Part shown: one piece after another, positions 1-8,648 of the stretch | How positions within the stretch are numbered: position 1 is the stretch's first letter | Layout of the letters: the number at the start of each line of letters is the position of its first letter | Source of the DNA: Collinsella sp. | GTDB taxonomy: Bacteria; Actinomycetota; Coriobacteriia; Coriobacteriales; Coriobacteriaceae | Length of the DNA stretch: 64,000 nucleotides | NCBI GenBank assembly: GCA_018381235.1 | Contig: JAGZSF010000007.1 | Coordinates: forward strand, 8,423 to 72,422 | Reading direction: 5' to 3' | Translations under genes and position numbers: made by a program | Notes under the pieces: model-generated | What the model was told of the DNA's origin: nothing | Databases searched by the model: none | Seen by the model: the letters and a program-made list of their open reading frames with translations, nothing else

Positions 1-657
1 ACAGCGGGTCGTGAACCAGGCCCAGGTGCTCGCAGACATATTCCTCGACAAACGGCTCGATGGAGCTGTACGTGCCGACAGCGCCCGAGATGGCACCAAA
101 GGCAACGTTCTTGCGGGCATCCTCAAGACGGTCCAGATCGCGCTTGAGCTCCCAGGCCCAAGAGCCAAACTTCATGCCAAAGGTCATCGGCTCGGCATGG
201 ATGCCATGAGTGCGGCCGGCGCAGAGCGTGTTGCGCTCCTCGAAGGCGCGACGCTTGCAAATCTCGCCGAGCTTCTTGACGTCCTCGATGATCAGGTCGC
301 AGGCCTGGGTGAGCTGGTAGCACAGGGCCGTGTCGCCCAGATCCGAGCTGGTCATGCCATAGTGAACCCAGCGGCTGGGCTTGGGGTCGCCCTCGGGAAC
401 ATCGGCATCGATGTATTCCTTCATGTTGGTCAGGAAGGCAATGACGTCGTGGCGCGTGACTTCCTCGATCTCATCGACCTTCGCCTTCTCAAAGTTGGCA
501 TGGTCGCGGATCCACTGGGCCTCGTCTTTGGAAATACCGATCTTGCCGAGCTCCGCCTGGGCCTCGCAGGCCAGAACCTCGATTTCCTGCCAAATGGCGT
601 ACTTGTTCTCGAGGGAGAAGATGTGTCCCATCTCCGGGCGGGTATAGCGATCGATCA
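1..657 (-). CDS. purB: adenylosuccinate lyase, 5' portion (3' end lies beyond window start)
   Basis: Reverse-strand translation from ATG at 657 reads MIDRYTRPEMGHIFSLENKYAIWQEIEVLACEAQAELGKIGI..., the canonical PurB N-terminus. The track's + strand ORF 11..1171 is its antisense shadow. Confidence 0.85.
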
Positions 658-753
658 TAGCGGCTCCTTTTTGGTTATTGGCACGTTGGTCGTAACCCAA
701 CCATTGTACCGTGCGCAGGTGCAAGTATGGGCAGCAGGCATTAACCTAACATT

Positions 754-1081
754 TTGGAATTGGAGCGAGCATGGGGACGTCCGCGCATTTGCTTCGCAAA
801 TACGCACCGGCTGCGGTCGGCAGACCCGGTCCGCGCACACGCACGGGCACAGCGGGTTGGACCCGACGTTCCCGAGGTCCCCCGTACTCGATGGAGCGGG
901 CAACGGGACATCCGCGTATTTGCTTCGCAAATACGCACCGGCTTCAGGCGAGCCCCTCAGCCTCACGAAGCCGCGGGGGAAGACTTTGTTGAATTGGCCG
1001 TCCCCATGTCTCCCGCACTCGATGGAGCGGGCAACGGGACATCCGCGTATTTGCTTCGCAAATCCGCACCGGCTTCAGGCG
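754..1081 (-). repeat. array of tRNA-Gly 3'-end-like segments, each followed by a 9-bp-arm palindrome (CGTATTTGC-TTC-GCAAATACG)
   Basis: Two 65-bp copies (886..950 and 1017..1081, one mismatch, 131-bp period) and a degenerate third copy (about 759..830). Each begins GATGGAGCGGGCAACGGGA, which matches the first 17 nt of the minus-strand tRNA-Gly gene at 1215 (TGGAGCGGGCAACGGGA). Confidence 0.6.
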
Positions 1082-1170
1082 CCTGTCGGCGCCTTCGCCT
1101 GCTCGCTACAAACGCTTCGCGTTTGCTTTACGCTCGCACCCTGTCGGGTTCGAGTCCCGGCGCTTTATTG

Positions 1171-1202
1171 AAAAAAGCACGGCACCGTAATGGTGCCGTG
1201 CT
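1171..1202 (-). terminator. rho-independent terminator downstream of tRNA-Gly
   Basis: Perfect hairpin AGCACGGCACC-GTAAT-GGTGCCGTGCT; on the minus strand it is followed by a T6 run (the A6 at 1171-1176 on the + strand). Confidence 0.6.
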
Positions 1203-1214
1203 TGTGCTTCTAGC

Positions 1215-1289
1215 TGGAGCGGGCAACGGGACTCGAACCCGCGAGTGTCAGCTTGGGAAGCTGATGCCTTACCACTTGGCGATGCCCGC
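1215..1289 (-). tRNA. tRNA-Gly (anticodon CCC)
   Basis: Reverse complement is GCGGGCATCGCCAAGTGGTAAGGCATCAGCTTCCCAAGCTGACACTCGCGGGTTCGAGTCCCGTTGCCCGCTCCA. It has a 7-bp acceptor stem, anticodon loop TTCCCAA, a TTCGAGT T-loop and an encoded CCA. Confidence 0.9.
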
Positions 1290-1302
1290 TTGTGTGTTGG
1301 CT

Positions 1303-1332
1303 AGTATAACGCGGTTGTCTTGTTCGATACAA
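1303..1332 (-). promoter_or_regulatory. sigma70-like promoter for tRNA-Gly (-35 TTGTAT, 18 nt, -10 TATACT)
   Basis: Read on the minus strand: TTGTAT-cgaacaagacaaccgcgt-TATACT, then 13 nt to the tRNA 5' end. Confidence 0.45.
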
Positions 1333-1586
1333 GGGTGGCGATGCTTGTTTTAGCTGTGGAGATTCGTTTGAAAATCGCGTCAATTGTGGAGATGAGGACC
1401 TTTGACCTCCTGTTCTCCCTATCTTCTACCTGCGCTTTTGCTTGATTGTTGTATTTGAGCTCAATTTGTCAGGAATTGGGCAAGCTTTTGGTCAGGCTCC
1501 GGTACTTACCCGCATGAACCTCGGGGGTAGCCTCATCCTACGCGTCGCAGCCTCCCCATGCGGCGCACGAGGGATAAGGAGCAGCC

Positions 1587-4500
1587 ATGTCCAACGCACC
1601 CACGCACTCTGTCCACAGCGCAATCGCAACAGGTCCGCTGCTCCTGCTCCTCTTCCTGCTTTTCGGCTGCCTGGCACCGAGAGCCGCATTTGCCATCGAT
1701 GGCTACGACCAACTCGGCTTCCGCACTATTAGCGATGATTGTGGGCCCTTCTTCATCGGCAAGTATGAAGCTCAAGACGCCTCGATTGCCTACTGCATGA
1801 ACCAGGAGCGCCCCGGCCCCACCAAGCCGGGCGGCCCATGGCTCAACTTTGATCAAGGCTGGGTGTGGCTCGACGACGAGTTCGCGGCAATCGTTTGTCA
1901 CGGATATCCTACCGCCACGTCGTTTGGCGGTTACCATCTTTCACCCGATCGCGCCCGCGCCGCAACCCAGCTTGCCGTATGGATGCTCAACGGCACTACC
2001 CATGTCGACGGTACCTATTCCTACACGACCGCTCAGGGCAAAACCAAGAGCGGGCACTTTACCGCCGACAATGAAGTCGTGGCGGCTGCGCGGTGGCTCC
2101 ACGACAACGCAAAATCAGGAAGCATCAAAGCCGCTCCGCACCGCGCGCGGCGCTATCTAGGAGCCGTATCGGGCGGCAGCAAACGTCAAGACATGCTCTA
2201 TGTACTGCCGGCAGTCTCTGTTTCCTTCAAAAAACAGTCTGCAAACGCCGCCATTACCAGCGGAAACAATACTTATCAGTTTGACGGGGCAACATTCGAT
2301 ATTTTTGAGAGCGCCAGCGGCGCGCATGTCGGCACCGTCCAGATGGACAGCAACGGTCGAGCGCAAGCAACACTTCTGCCCAACACGGCATACTACCTAG
2401 TTGAAACGAAGGCGCCGGCCGGCTATGTCCCCCGCCACGATCGTATTGCCTTTACCACGGGGAATGACGGCGGGCGGGTCGCCATTGATGAACAGCCCGG
2501 CACCATCAACCTGCGTATCGTAAAACTCGATGCCGCGACGAATGCCGGCCACCAGGTGGGAGCTTCGCTCGCAGGAGCAGAGTTCACGTGTGTGTCGCAA
2601 TCAACCCCTGGATGGGCACAAATCCTCACGACCGACGAAAGCGGTCGGGCCACCCTCGCCGATGTCCCCTTAGGAACCTTTACCATCTACGAATCAAAAG
2701 CCCCCGAGGGCTACCTGCCATCCAACGACAGCTGGACCTATACCGTTGGAGCCGACCAGCTCGGCGATTCAGGCGTGGTCGAGATCGAATCTCGCGTTTC
2801 CGATATCCCCATTGCGTTTAACCTTGAGATTTCCAAATTCAAGGATTACGGCAATAGCGACCAATCCGGCCTGGAGCAGCCGGCGGGTGGTGTTGTCTTT
2901 GAGGTTGTCAGCAACAGCTCTCAGCAGGTTGTTGGCACACTGACCACAAACATCTATGGCTTTGCCTCCACCGAAGATCAGCCCGAAGCATGGTTCGGCA
3001 CAGGCAAGCGACCCGCCGGTGTCCACGGAGCCGTCCCATACGACCGTGCCGGCTACACGGTTCGCGAGGTTCCGGAAACCGTCCCCGAGGGTTTTAAACG
3101 TGCAGGGGAATGGACCGTCGGGGCCAATCAGATTTCCAACGGCGCCGAGCTTCAATATATCGTGGATAACCACACTCTGTCGACGCACCTCCAGATTGTA
3201 AAACGCGACGCCCAAACAGGCGCTTCTGTTCCACTAGCCGGATTCACCTTCCAACTCCTCGACAGCAATCACGAACCTGTCTCACAAACTTGCTGGTATC
3301 CAGCACATAACGTAATGGACACCTTTACGACTGACGCGACCGGGACCGTCACACTGCCCGAATCGCTCGTGCCGGGCACGTATTATGTACGCGAAACCTC
3401 GGCCAAAGAGCCCTATCTTGTCGGCGAAGAGATTGAGGTAAACATACCCGCCGACATGAACCTAACGCCCGTTGCAATCGCCTCGTATTATGACCACGCC
3501 GCGACCGGTAACATCAGGATCGTTAAAACCGATGCCGTAGACGGCAGCAGCCTCGCGGGCGCCATCTTTGAGATCCGTGCCTCGGGTGATATCGTGCGCC
3601 CCGACGGTAGCACTGCCGCGCTCGACGGTGAGACTGTCGCGACCGTCACGACGGATGAAACTGGAGAAGCACGCGCGGACGACCTCCCGCTGGGATCTGG
3701 CACCGCACGCTACGAGGTTGTCGAGACTCAAGCGCCGACCGGCTTCCTACTCGACCGGACGCCCCATATCGTAGACCTCGCTTATGCCGACCAGAAAACA
3801 CCCGTTGTAGAAGCACGGCTTAACGTATCCGACGATTACACCAAGGTTGATATCTCCAAGGTCGATGCAAGCGGAGAGCAGGAAGTGGAAGGCGCACAGC
3901 TCACCTTATATGGTCCCGATAAAACCGAAATAGACTCCTGGACCTCATCCGACAAGCCACACCGCGTCGAACATCTTGCACCCGGCACCTACTCGTTGCG
4001 CGAAATGATGTCTCCGCGGACCTATGACCTTGCCGAGGAGATAACGTTTGAAATAAAGGATACGGGAGAAGTCCAATCCGTCGCGATGAAGGATGCGCCC
4101 ATCGAAATCAAGGGGCAGGTCGACAAGCGTCAGGAACTTGTCCAACCTATCGAAAAGGGCCTGTTGGCTAACGGCGATGGTAAAAACCGTGCCGCGATGC
4201 AAACCAATACGGATGGGCTTTTCTCCTATACCATCGACGCTCGAAACAATTCAACTACCTGGGTTGATGAGTTCACACTTACCGATGATCTTGAGTGTGC
4301 CGAGGACGATACAGCGAGATTCGTCTCAATCGAAACCCCCGTCGCCATCGGCGACCTCAATGGTCTGTGCAACGTGTGGTATCGCACGACGCCGTTGGAC
4401 TCGACAGACGTCGATGAGCCGGCAAACGCGACACTTGACGATGGGCACGAAAATCCTTGGCTTGAGTCCGACGAAGTAAGGGAAAGTCTGGGTGAGGATT

Positions 4501-5018
4501 GCCGCCTCGTCGATTACGACGGTTGGCACCTCTGGAAGGCGGATATCTCGACCACGGAATCCACCACACTCGAGGCGAAAGAACTCGACCTTGCATCCAA
4601 TACCGTCGTAACGGGCATTCGAATTGAATACGGTGCGGTAGCCGCCGACTTTACGACTCGAAGCGATGCGGATTCTTGGAACCGCGATGATCTCAAAGAT
4701 GAGCACGACGATCTTGACGATGCCAAAGCAATCCTTGGCACAGACGCTCGGGGCGCAATCGTGCACATGCAGGCGACGTCGGCTTATACGCCCCAAACCG
4801 CACTCACCAACAGCGCACACGTCGATCTTTGCCGCAACGGCGGCGGCGATAAACTTGAGTCACATGACGATGACCGTGTCATTCAACGCTGTACCCTACC
4901 GCAGGACCTACCGGCAACAGGATCAGCTCCCATCGCCGCTTGCATCACCGCGCTCCTGACCTCGGGTGCCGCAGCCCTATGGTTCGCTCGCCTTAGGTCG
5001 ATCCCAAAGAAGCGCTAG
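1587..5018 (+). CDS. LPXTG cell-wall-anchored adhesin with an N-terminal thioester (TQxA) domain and repeated Cna B-type stalk domains
   Basis: AAGGAG ribosome-binding site 5 nt before the ATG. Signal peptide MSNAPTHSVHSAIATGPLLLLLFLLFGCLAPRAAFA. Cys motif AYCMNQERPGP and Gln motif ATQLAVWMLNG, the TQxA signature of thioester domains. At least five Cna B-like repeats (NTAYYLVETKAPAGYVP, GTFTIYESKAPEGYLP, GTYYVRETSAKEPY, RYEVVETQAPTGF, GTYSLREMMSPRTYDL). C-terminal LPATG, then a hydrophobic stretch and RLRSIPKKR. Confidence 0.8.
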   Translation: MSNAPTHSVHSAIATGPLLLLLFLLFGCLAPRAAFAIDGYDQLGFRTISDDCGPFFIGKYEAQDASIAYCMNQERPGPTKPGGPWLNFDQGWVWLDDEFAAIVCHGYPTATSFGGYHLSPDRARAATQLAVWMLNGTTHVDGTYSYTTAQGKTKSGHFTADNEVVAAARWLHDNAKSGSIKAAPHRARRYLGAVSGGSKRQDMLYVLPAVSVSFKKQSANAAITSGNNTYQFDGATFDIFESASGAHVGTVQMDSNGRAQATLLPNTAYYLVETKAPAGYVPRHDRIAFTTGNDGGRVAIDEQPGTINLRIVKLDAATNAGHQVGASLAGAEFTCVSQSTPGWAQILTTDESGRATLADVPLGTFTIYESKAPEGYLPSNDSWTYTVGADQLGDSGVVEIESRVSDIPIAFNLEISKFKDYGNSDQSGLEQPAGGVVFEVVSNSSQQVVGTLTTNIYGFASTEDQPEAWFGTGKRPAGVHGAVPYDRAGYTVREVPETVPEGFKRAGEWTVGANQISNGAELQYIVDNHTLSTHLQIVKRDAQTGASVPLAGFTFQLLDSNHEPVSQTCWYPAHNVMDTFTTDATGTVTLPESLVPGTYYVRETSAKEPYLVGEEIEVNIPADMNLTPVAIASYYDHAATGNIRIVKTDAVDGSSLAGAIFEIRASGDIVRPDGSTAALDGETVATVTTDETGEARADDLPLGSGTARYEVVETQAPTGFLLDRTPHIVDLAYADQKTPVVEARLNVSDDYTKVDISKVDASGEQEVEGAQLTLYGPDKTEIDSWTSSDKPHRVEHLAPGTYSLREMMSPRTYDLAEEITFEIKDTGEVQSVAMKDAPIEIKGQVDKRQELVQPIEKGLLANGDGKNRAAMQTNTDGLFSYTIDARNNSTTWVDEFTLTDDLECAEDDTARFVSIETPVAIGDLNGLCNVWYRTTPLDSTDVDEPANATLDDGHENPWLESDEVRESLGEDCRLVDYDGWHLWKADISTTESTTLEAKELDLASNTVVTGIRIEYGAVAADFTTRSDADSWNRDDLKDEHDDLDDAKAILGTDARGAIVHMQATSAYTPQTALTNSAHVDLCRNGGGDKLESHDDDRVIQRCTLPQDLPATGSAPIAACITALLTSGAAALWFARLRSIPKKR

Positions 5019-5024
5019 CGCGAT

Positions 5025-5063
5025 GAAAAAGCGGGCGAGCCAGTCCCCTGGCTCGCCCGCTTT
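5025..5063. terminator. bidirectional rho-independent terminator between convergent genes
   Basis: Hairpin GCGGGCGAGCC-agtcccc-TGGCTCGCCCGC flanked by an A5 run and a TTT run. Confidence 0.5.
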
Positions 5064-5084
5064 CAATCATGTAAATCGCCGTAT

Positions 5085-5303
5085 CTACTCTGCAGACGAA
5101 GATCCACCATCAACGATTGCCTGCTCGGACTCAGGAATCCCATCGGCACCCGTACTCTGTTCTTGCTCCACCTCTTCGCTGATTGCGGAGGCGGGGGTCG
5201 AGCCCTTTGCACCCACGATGTAGGCAGCCCCAAATCCTAACGCAATGGCAATCAAGGTCAAAATCACGTAGACAGGCCAATGGCGCTTAATATACGAAAA
5301 CAC
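5085..5303 (-). CDS. small membrane protein (one N-terminal TM helix, acidic tail), hypothetical
   Basis: 72-aa ORF 20 nt downstream of the M28-like gene on the same strand. Hydrophobic WPVYVILTLIAIALGFGAAYIV segment followed by a Glu/Ser-rich tail. Confidence 0.4.
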   Translation of the reverse strand: MFSYIKRHWPVYVILTLIAIALGFGAAYIVGAKGSTPASAISEEVEQEQSTGADGIPESEQAIVDGGSSSAE

Positions 5304-5324
5304 GTTGACTCCTTAGAGCTCCGT

Positions 5325-8300
5325 CTACGAACGGCGGATAACCTCGGTCACGACCTCGGATACCGTGGCAATGTTCGTCGGGTTGACATTGTGGGGCAGG
5401 TCGTCCTCGGTACGAGCGCAAGCCAGACGCGTGCCGTCCACGCCGGCGATGGTGAGGGCTCGGCGGCTCGCCTCGAGCGCGGCATAGGCATCGGTCTTGG
5501 CATAGGGCATCTCGAGCGCGCCACAATCGACATGGAACGACTTGCACACCTTGCTGACCAGGTTCATGATGCGGCGATCGCCCTTGAGCAGCTGCTGTTC
5601 GCCCTCGACCGTCACCACCGAAAGCCTACCGGCGCCGACGGATTCAAGATTGATGAAGAATACGCCGCGGAGCTTATCGCGATGCGAAGCCAAGAAGGCC
5701 TTCATGCCGGCGCCATCACAATCCGAGGCGCCCGTTGCCACAAACCAGATATCGTGACCGAGCAGCTCATCATCGCCCATAGAGGCGACAGCCGAGAGCA
5801 TATCTTCGGAAGAAGCGCCATCGGAAGACGTAGCGCCGCCCTTCCAGCCATCGTTATCGTCCTCGAAGTTATCCCACGAACCGATACCGCGACCGGACTT
5901 CTTGGCATCGTAATCGTCTTCGACGCCCAGCCAATCACTCATGCTGTCCTGCTCGTTTTTCCTTTTACAACCGAACAGGCCACCCAGGCCGCGTTTGCGA
6001 GACTTGGGTGCCGCTGGGGCGGGAGCCGAAATGGTCTCGATCGGCTGCACGCCCGACGCAACGGGCATAGAAGGCGCAACGGGTGCCGATGTGGGTTCGG
6101 GACCCTGGGCAGTAGCAAAGGGGTCGTTGACCTGGGCAGAGGGATCGGGAAGGTCGAACAGCGACGTGCGAGACGCAACGTTTGCCTGCCTCATAGACGG
6201 CAGCGACGGATCGGGGACCGAAGCCAGCGGAGACGAGGAAGGTGCAGGCGACGGTGCCGACGCCGGATCGGGAACATTTATCTGCAGACGCGGCGATGCC
6301 TGGGAGGAAATCTGGGCCATAAGGGAATCGACCGTTTCGTCCTGGGTGGGAGCAACATTGGCAACCGTGGCACCGGAACCACTCGGGGTCGGCATGGTGA
6401 AAATCTGCGTGGAGTAAGGCCTCGACTCATCCGTCTCGGGAGTCTCGGAAACCGCAGGCACTTCCTCCTGCTCGACCTCGGTCGAATCACCTTGATCGGC
6501 TGCCGCGTATTGCTCTTCGTCAGAGTTGGCCTCGACGGACTCGTCCTCGGCGGCATCTTGGATTTCGGCAGCATCAATGGGCTCGTCATCGTCTGCCGCG
6601 TCGCCCTGCTCATCGGAAACAGGAAGGGGCTCGGCAATTGCGGTGCCTTGCTTTTCAAACGTTATCGTGGAATCGAACTGCGCGGCATCAAACGACATGG
6701 TGCTATCGACGTGCTGCTGGGCCTCGAAAGACGTTGTAGCTTCGGCAGCGTCGACGGGCCCGGACTGCATAGCCTCGTTCTGCTCAAACTCTTGCGCCGC
6801 GCGCTCACGTGCCGCCTCGGCTGCCTGCTGCTGAGCGATAGCCTCCTGCTCGGCAGCCTCGCGTGCGGCAGCGCGCTTCTCCTCGAAATCGTCGACAAAT
6901 TTCCTGCCCTTTGCAAGCGCACCCTTAAAGAAGCTGGAAGCGCTGGCGCCAATCGAAGAGAACGCGGATGCAATATCGGCATGGGGCGTTGCCGCGGGAA
7001 TCTCGGCAGAGAAATCAGTATCGCTCTCGTAAGACACGCGCCTCGGCTGTTCAACGTAATCGTCGTCAGACTCGTCCGCAACGTCTTGCGCCGGCGCGGC
7101 GGGAGCCAAAATGTCCAGTCCTGCCGCGGGATCGATCGCAGACACCGCCTCGGGCTCGGCAACGGCAGAGGTAACCGCGGCAGACTCATCATCCGCAGTG
7201 ACAACGGGCGCAGGCTCGGGCTCAAACGTCGGCTCCTCGCCCTCCTCGTAATCGAGCGTGCAGGACTCGGGAAGCATTCCGAGCGCACGGATGGCATCCG
7301 AACCAAAGCGGATGTTGCCGGCGGCGTTGCGATAGAGCTTGGGCTCGGGCTCGGCCGCGGCAGGCTCCTCCGCCGGCTCAGCAGCGGGAACCTCGTCATT
7401 GAACTCTTCGGCCTGGACAGCCTGATTCTGATCCTCGGGCACGATGGCGCCAATCAGCGTCTCGTCGGCAGACGCACCCTCAAAGCCCTCGATCTGCTCG
7501 TCAAAAGCCTCGCCCTGTTCGGGCTCGGTTTGAGCGTCGGGAGCAATCGGCTGACCGAACTCGTCCTCGGCGTAGGTAGGCTCTTCGTACTCGATGGTGT
7601 TGCCGTAGTCGTTTTGCTGCTGGGCCGCGGCATACTCCGCCGCCGCGCGCGCCATTTCCTCGGCACGACGTTTCTGCTCCCCAAAATAGGTATCGAACGG
7701 AACATCGTCGGGAAACTCGTTCTCGCCCTGGAAGGGAGCAACGTTGTCCATAACACCGAGCATAGCGGCGACAGAAGACTTGTTGCACACCGCGCCGGAC
7801 GTATAGGGAAGAATGTGGCGGTTAGAGATGATGTTTGCCGCGTTGGCAAGTGCAACGAGGGAAGCGAGGATCGCGACAATCCACAGCAGAACCTTGAGCG
7901 CGCCGGGGAGCGGCAGGATACGCAGGATGGCAACGGCAGCAGGGGCAACCGTGGCAACGGGCAACAGCTTGGCGATGAGCGCACGATACGAAGCATAGGG
8001 CTCGCGGGCGAGCAGCTCAGCACGGGGAGAGTCGTAGTGTGCGACAACGACCACCGGGCGGTTGCGCGGAGACGCGAGCGGGCCCGAGGCCTTGTGGTAG
8101 GCGATGACATTTTGGCTCACGCCCGTCTTGCCCAGGCGCGAAACCACGGGGTGGCCCGTGCGCTCGAGCACGTAAAGAACGGCGCCGACAACGGCCAGCA
8201 AGGTGCCGACCAAGCCGATACCGCCGCCGATGCCCATCAGCAGGGCGCCGGCAAACGCAAGAATACCGGTAACGGCAAATGCCAACCTACCGGGCGCCGG

Positions 8301-8450
8301 GGCATTGAACTCCTGAACCTCGGGATCAAAGCCGTGGTTGCGGAAGATCTGAGCGATATCCTCGGCAGCCAAGCGCTCTTCTTCGCTGCATGCCGGCGTA
8401 ATGCCGGTGTTCTGCAGCAGGTGGTTAATATAGTTCTGGGTGTTCGCCAT
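5325..8450 (-). CDS. M28 peptidase-like membrane protein, probably catalytically degenerate, interrupted by a ~580-aa acidic/Ala/Pro-rich low-complexity region
   Basis: ATG at 8450 sits 5 nt after GGAG. N-terminus YINHLLQNTGITPACSEEERLAAEDIAQIFRNHGFDPEVQEF resembles M28 aminopeptidases. A 40-aa hydrophobic hairpin follows, then NVIAYHKA and VVVVAHYDSP (HxD). The usual DNxSG motif is degenerate (NKSSVAAMLGV). The C-terminal lobe reads DIWFVATGASDCDGAGMKAF (the Glu-Glu motif is replaced), then INLESVGAG and HNVNPTNI. The middle ~580 aa are E/D/A/P/Q-rich with no recognisable domain. Confidence 0.6.
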   Translation of the reverse strand: MANTQNYINHLLQNTGITPACSEEERLAAEDIAQIFRNHGFDPEVQEFNAPAPGRLAFAVTGILAFAGALLMGIGGGIGLVGTLLAVVGAVLYVLERTGHPVVSRLGKTGVSQNVIAYHKASGPLASPRNRPVVVVAHYDSPRAELLAREPYASYRALIAKLLPVATVAPAAVAILRILPLPGALKVLLWIVAILASLVALANAANIISNRHILPYTSGAVCNKSSVAAMLGVMDNVAPFQGENEFPDDVPFDTYFGEQKRRAEEMARAAAEYAAAQQQNDYGNTIEYEEPTYAEDEFGQPIAPDAQTEPEQGEAFDEQIEGFEGASADETLIGAIVPEDQNQAVQAEEFNDEVPAAEPAEEPAAAEPEPKLYRNAAGNIRFGSDAIRALGMLPESCTLDYEEGEEPTFEPEPAPVVTADDESAAVTSAVAEPEAVSAIDPAAGLDILAPAAPAQDVADESDDDYVEQPRRVSYESDTDFSAEIPAATPHADIASAFSSIGASASSFFKGALAKGRKFVDDFEEKRAAAREAAEQEAIAQQQAAEAARERAAQEFEQNEAMQSGPVDAAEATTSFEAQQHVDSTMSFDAAQFDSTITFEKQGTAIAEPLPVSDEQGDAADDDEPIDAAEIQDAAEDESVEANSDEEQYAAADQGDSTEVEQEEVPAVSETPETDESRPYSTQIFTMPTPSGSGATVANVAPTQDETVDSLMAQISSQASPRLQINVPDPASAPSPAPSSSPLASVPDPSLPSMRQANVASRTSLFDLPDPSAQVNDPFATAQGPEPTSAPVAPSMPVASGVQPIETISAPAPAAPKSRKRGLGGLFGCKRKNEQDSMSDWLGVEDDYDAKKSGRGIGSWDNFEDDNDGWKGGATSSDGASSEDMLSAVASMGDDELLGHDIWFVATGASDCDGAGMKAFLASHRDKLRGVFFINLESVGAGRLSVVTVEGEQQLLKGDRRIMNLVSKVCKSFHVDCGALEMPYAKTDAYAALEASRRALTIAGVDGTRLACARTEDDLPHNVNPTNIATVSEVVTEVIRRS

Positions 8451-8648
8451 GTGCGCTCCACATCCATAATCCGACAAATAGGCCCAATGCATGCACATTA
8501 GAACCGTATATAGTCGAAAGTATACCCCGAGCGAGCGCAAACGACCGAATTCGGGCCATCTTAACGCCCCGAGCGGACAAGGATATAGCCTAATCTCCAT
8601 ATCGGACTAAAATCATGGCAGCAAACCACCTTCTCATGCGAGGACTCT

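Noticed and set aside
1139-1166. T-arm-like GGGTTCGAGTCCCGG on the + strand before the tRNA-Gly terminator
   Set aside because: No acceptor, D or anticodon arms can be built around it. It is treated as a tRNA fragment within the repeat scar, not a gene.
11-1171. 386-aa + strand ORF at the window start
   Set aside because: It is antisense to a clear purB N-terminus on the minus strand and runs through tRNA-like repeats. Its composition is the GC-rich antisense type.
5280-8501. 1,073-aa + strand ORF and many other ORFs overlapping the M28-like gene
   Set aside because: Gly/Arg-rich, low-complexity translation on the opposite strand of an acidic low-complexity coding region. A typical GC-rich shadow ORF with no domain.
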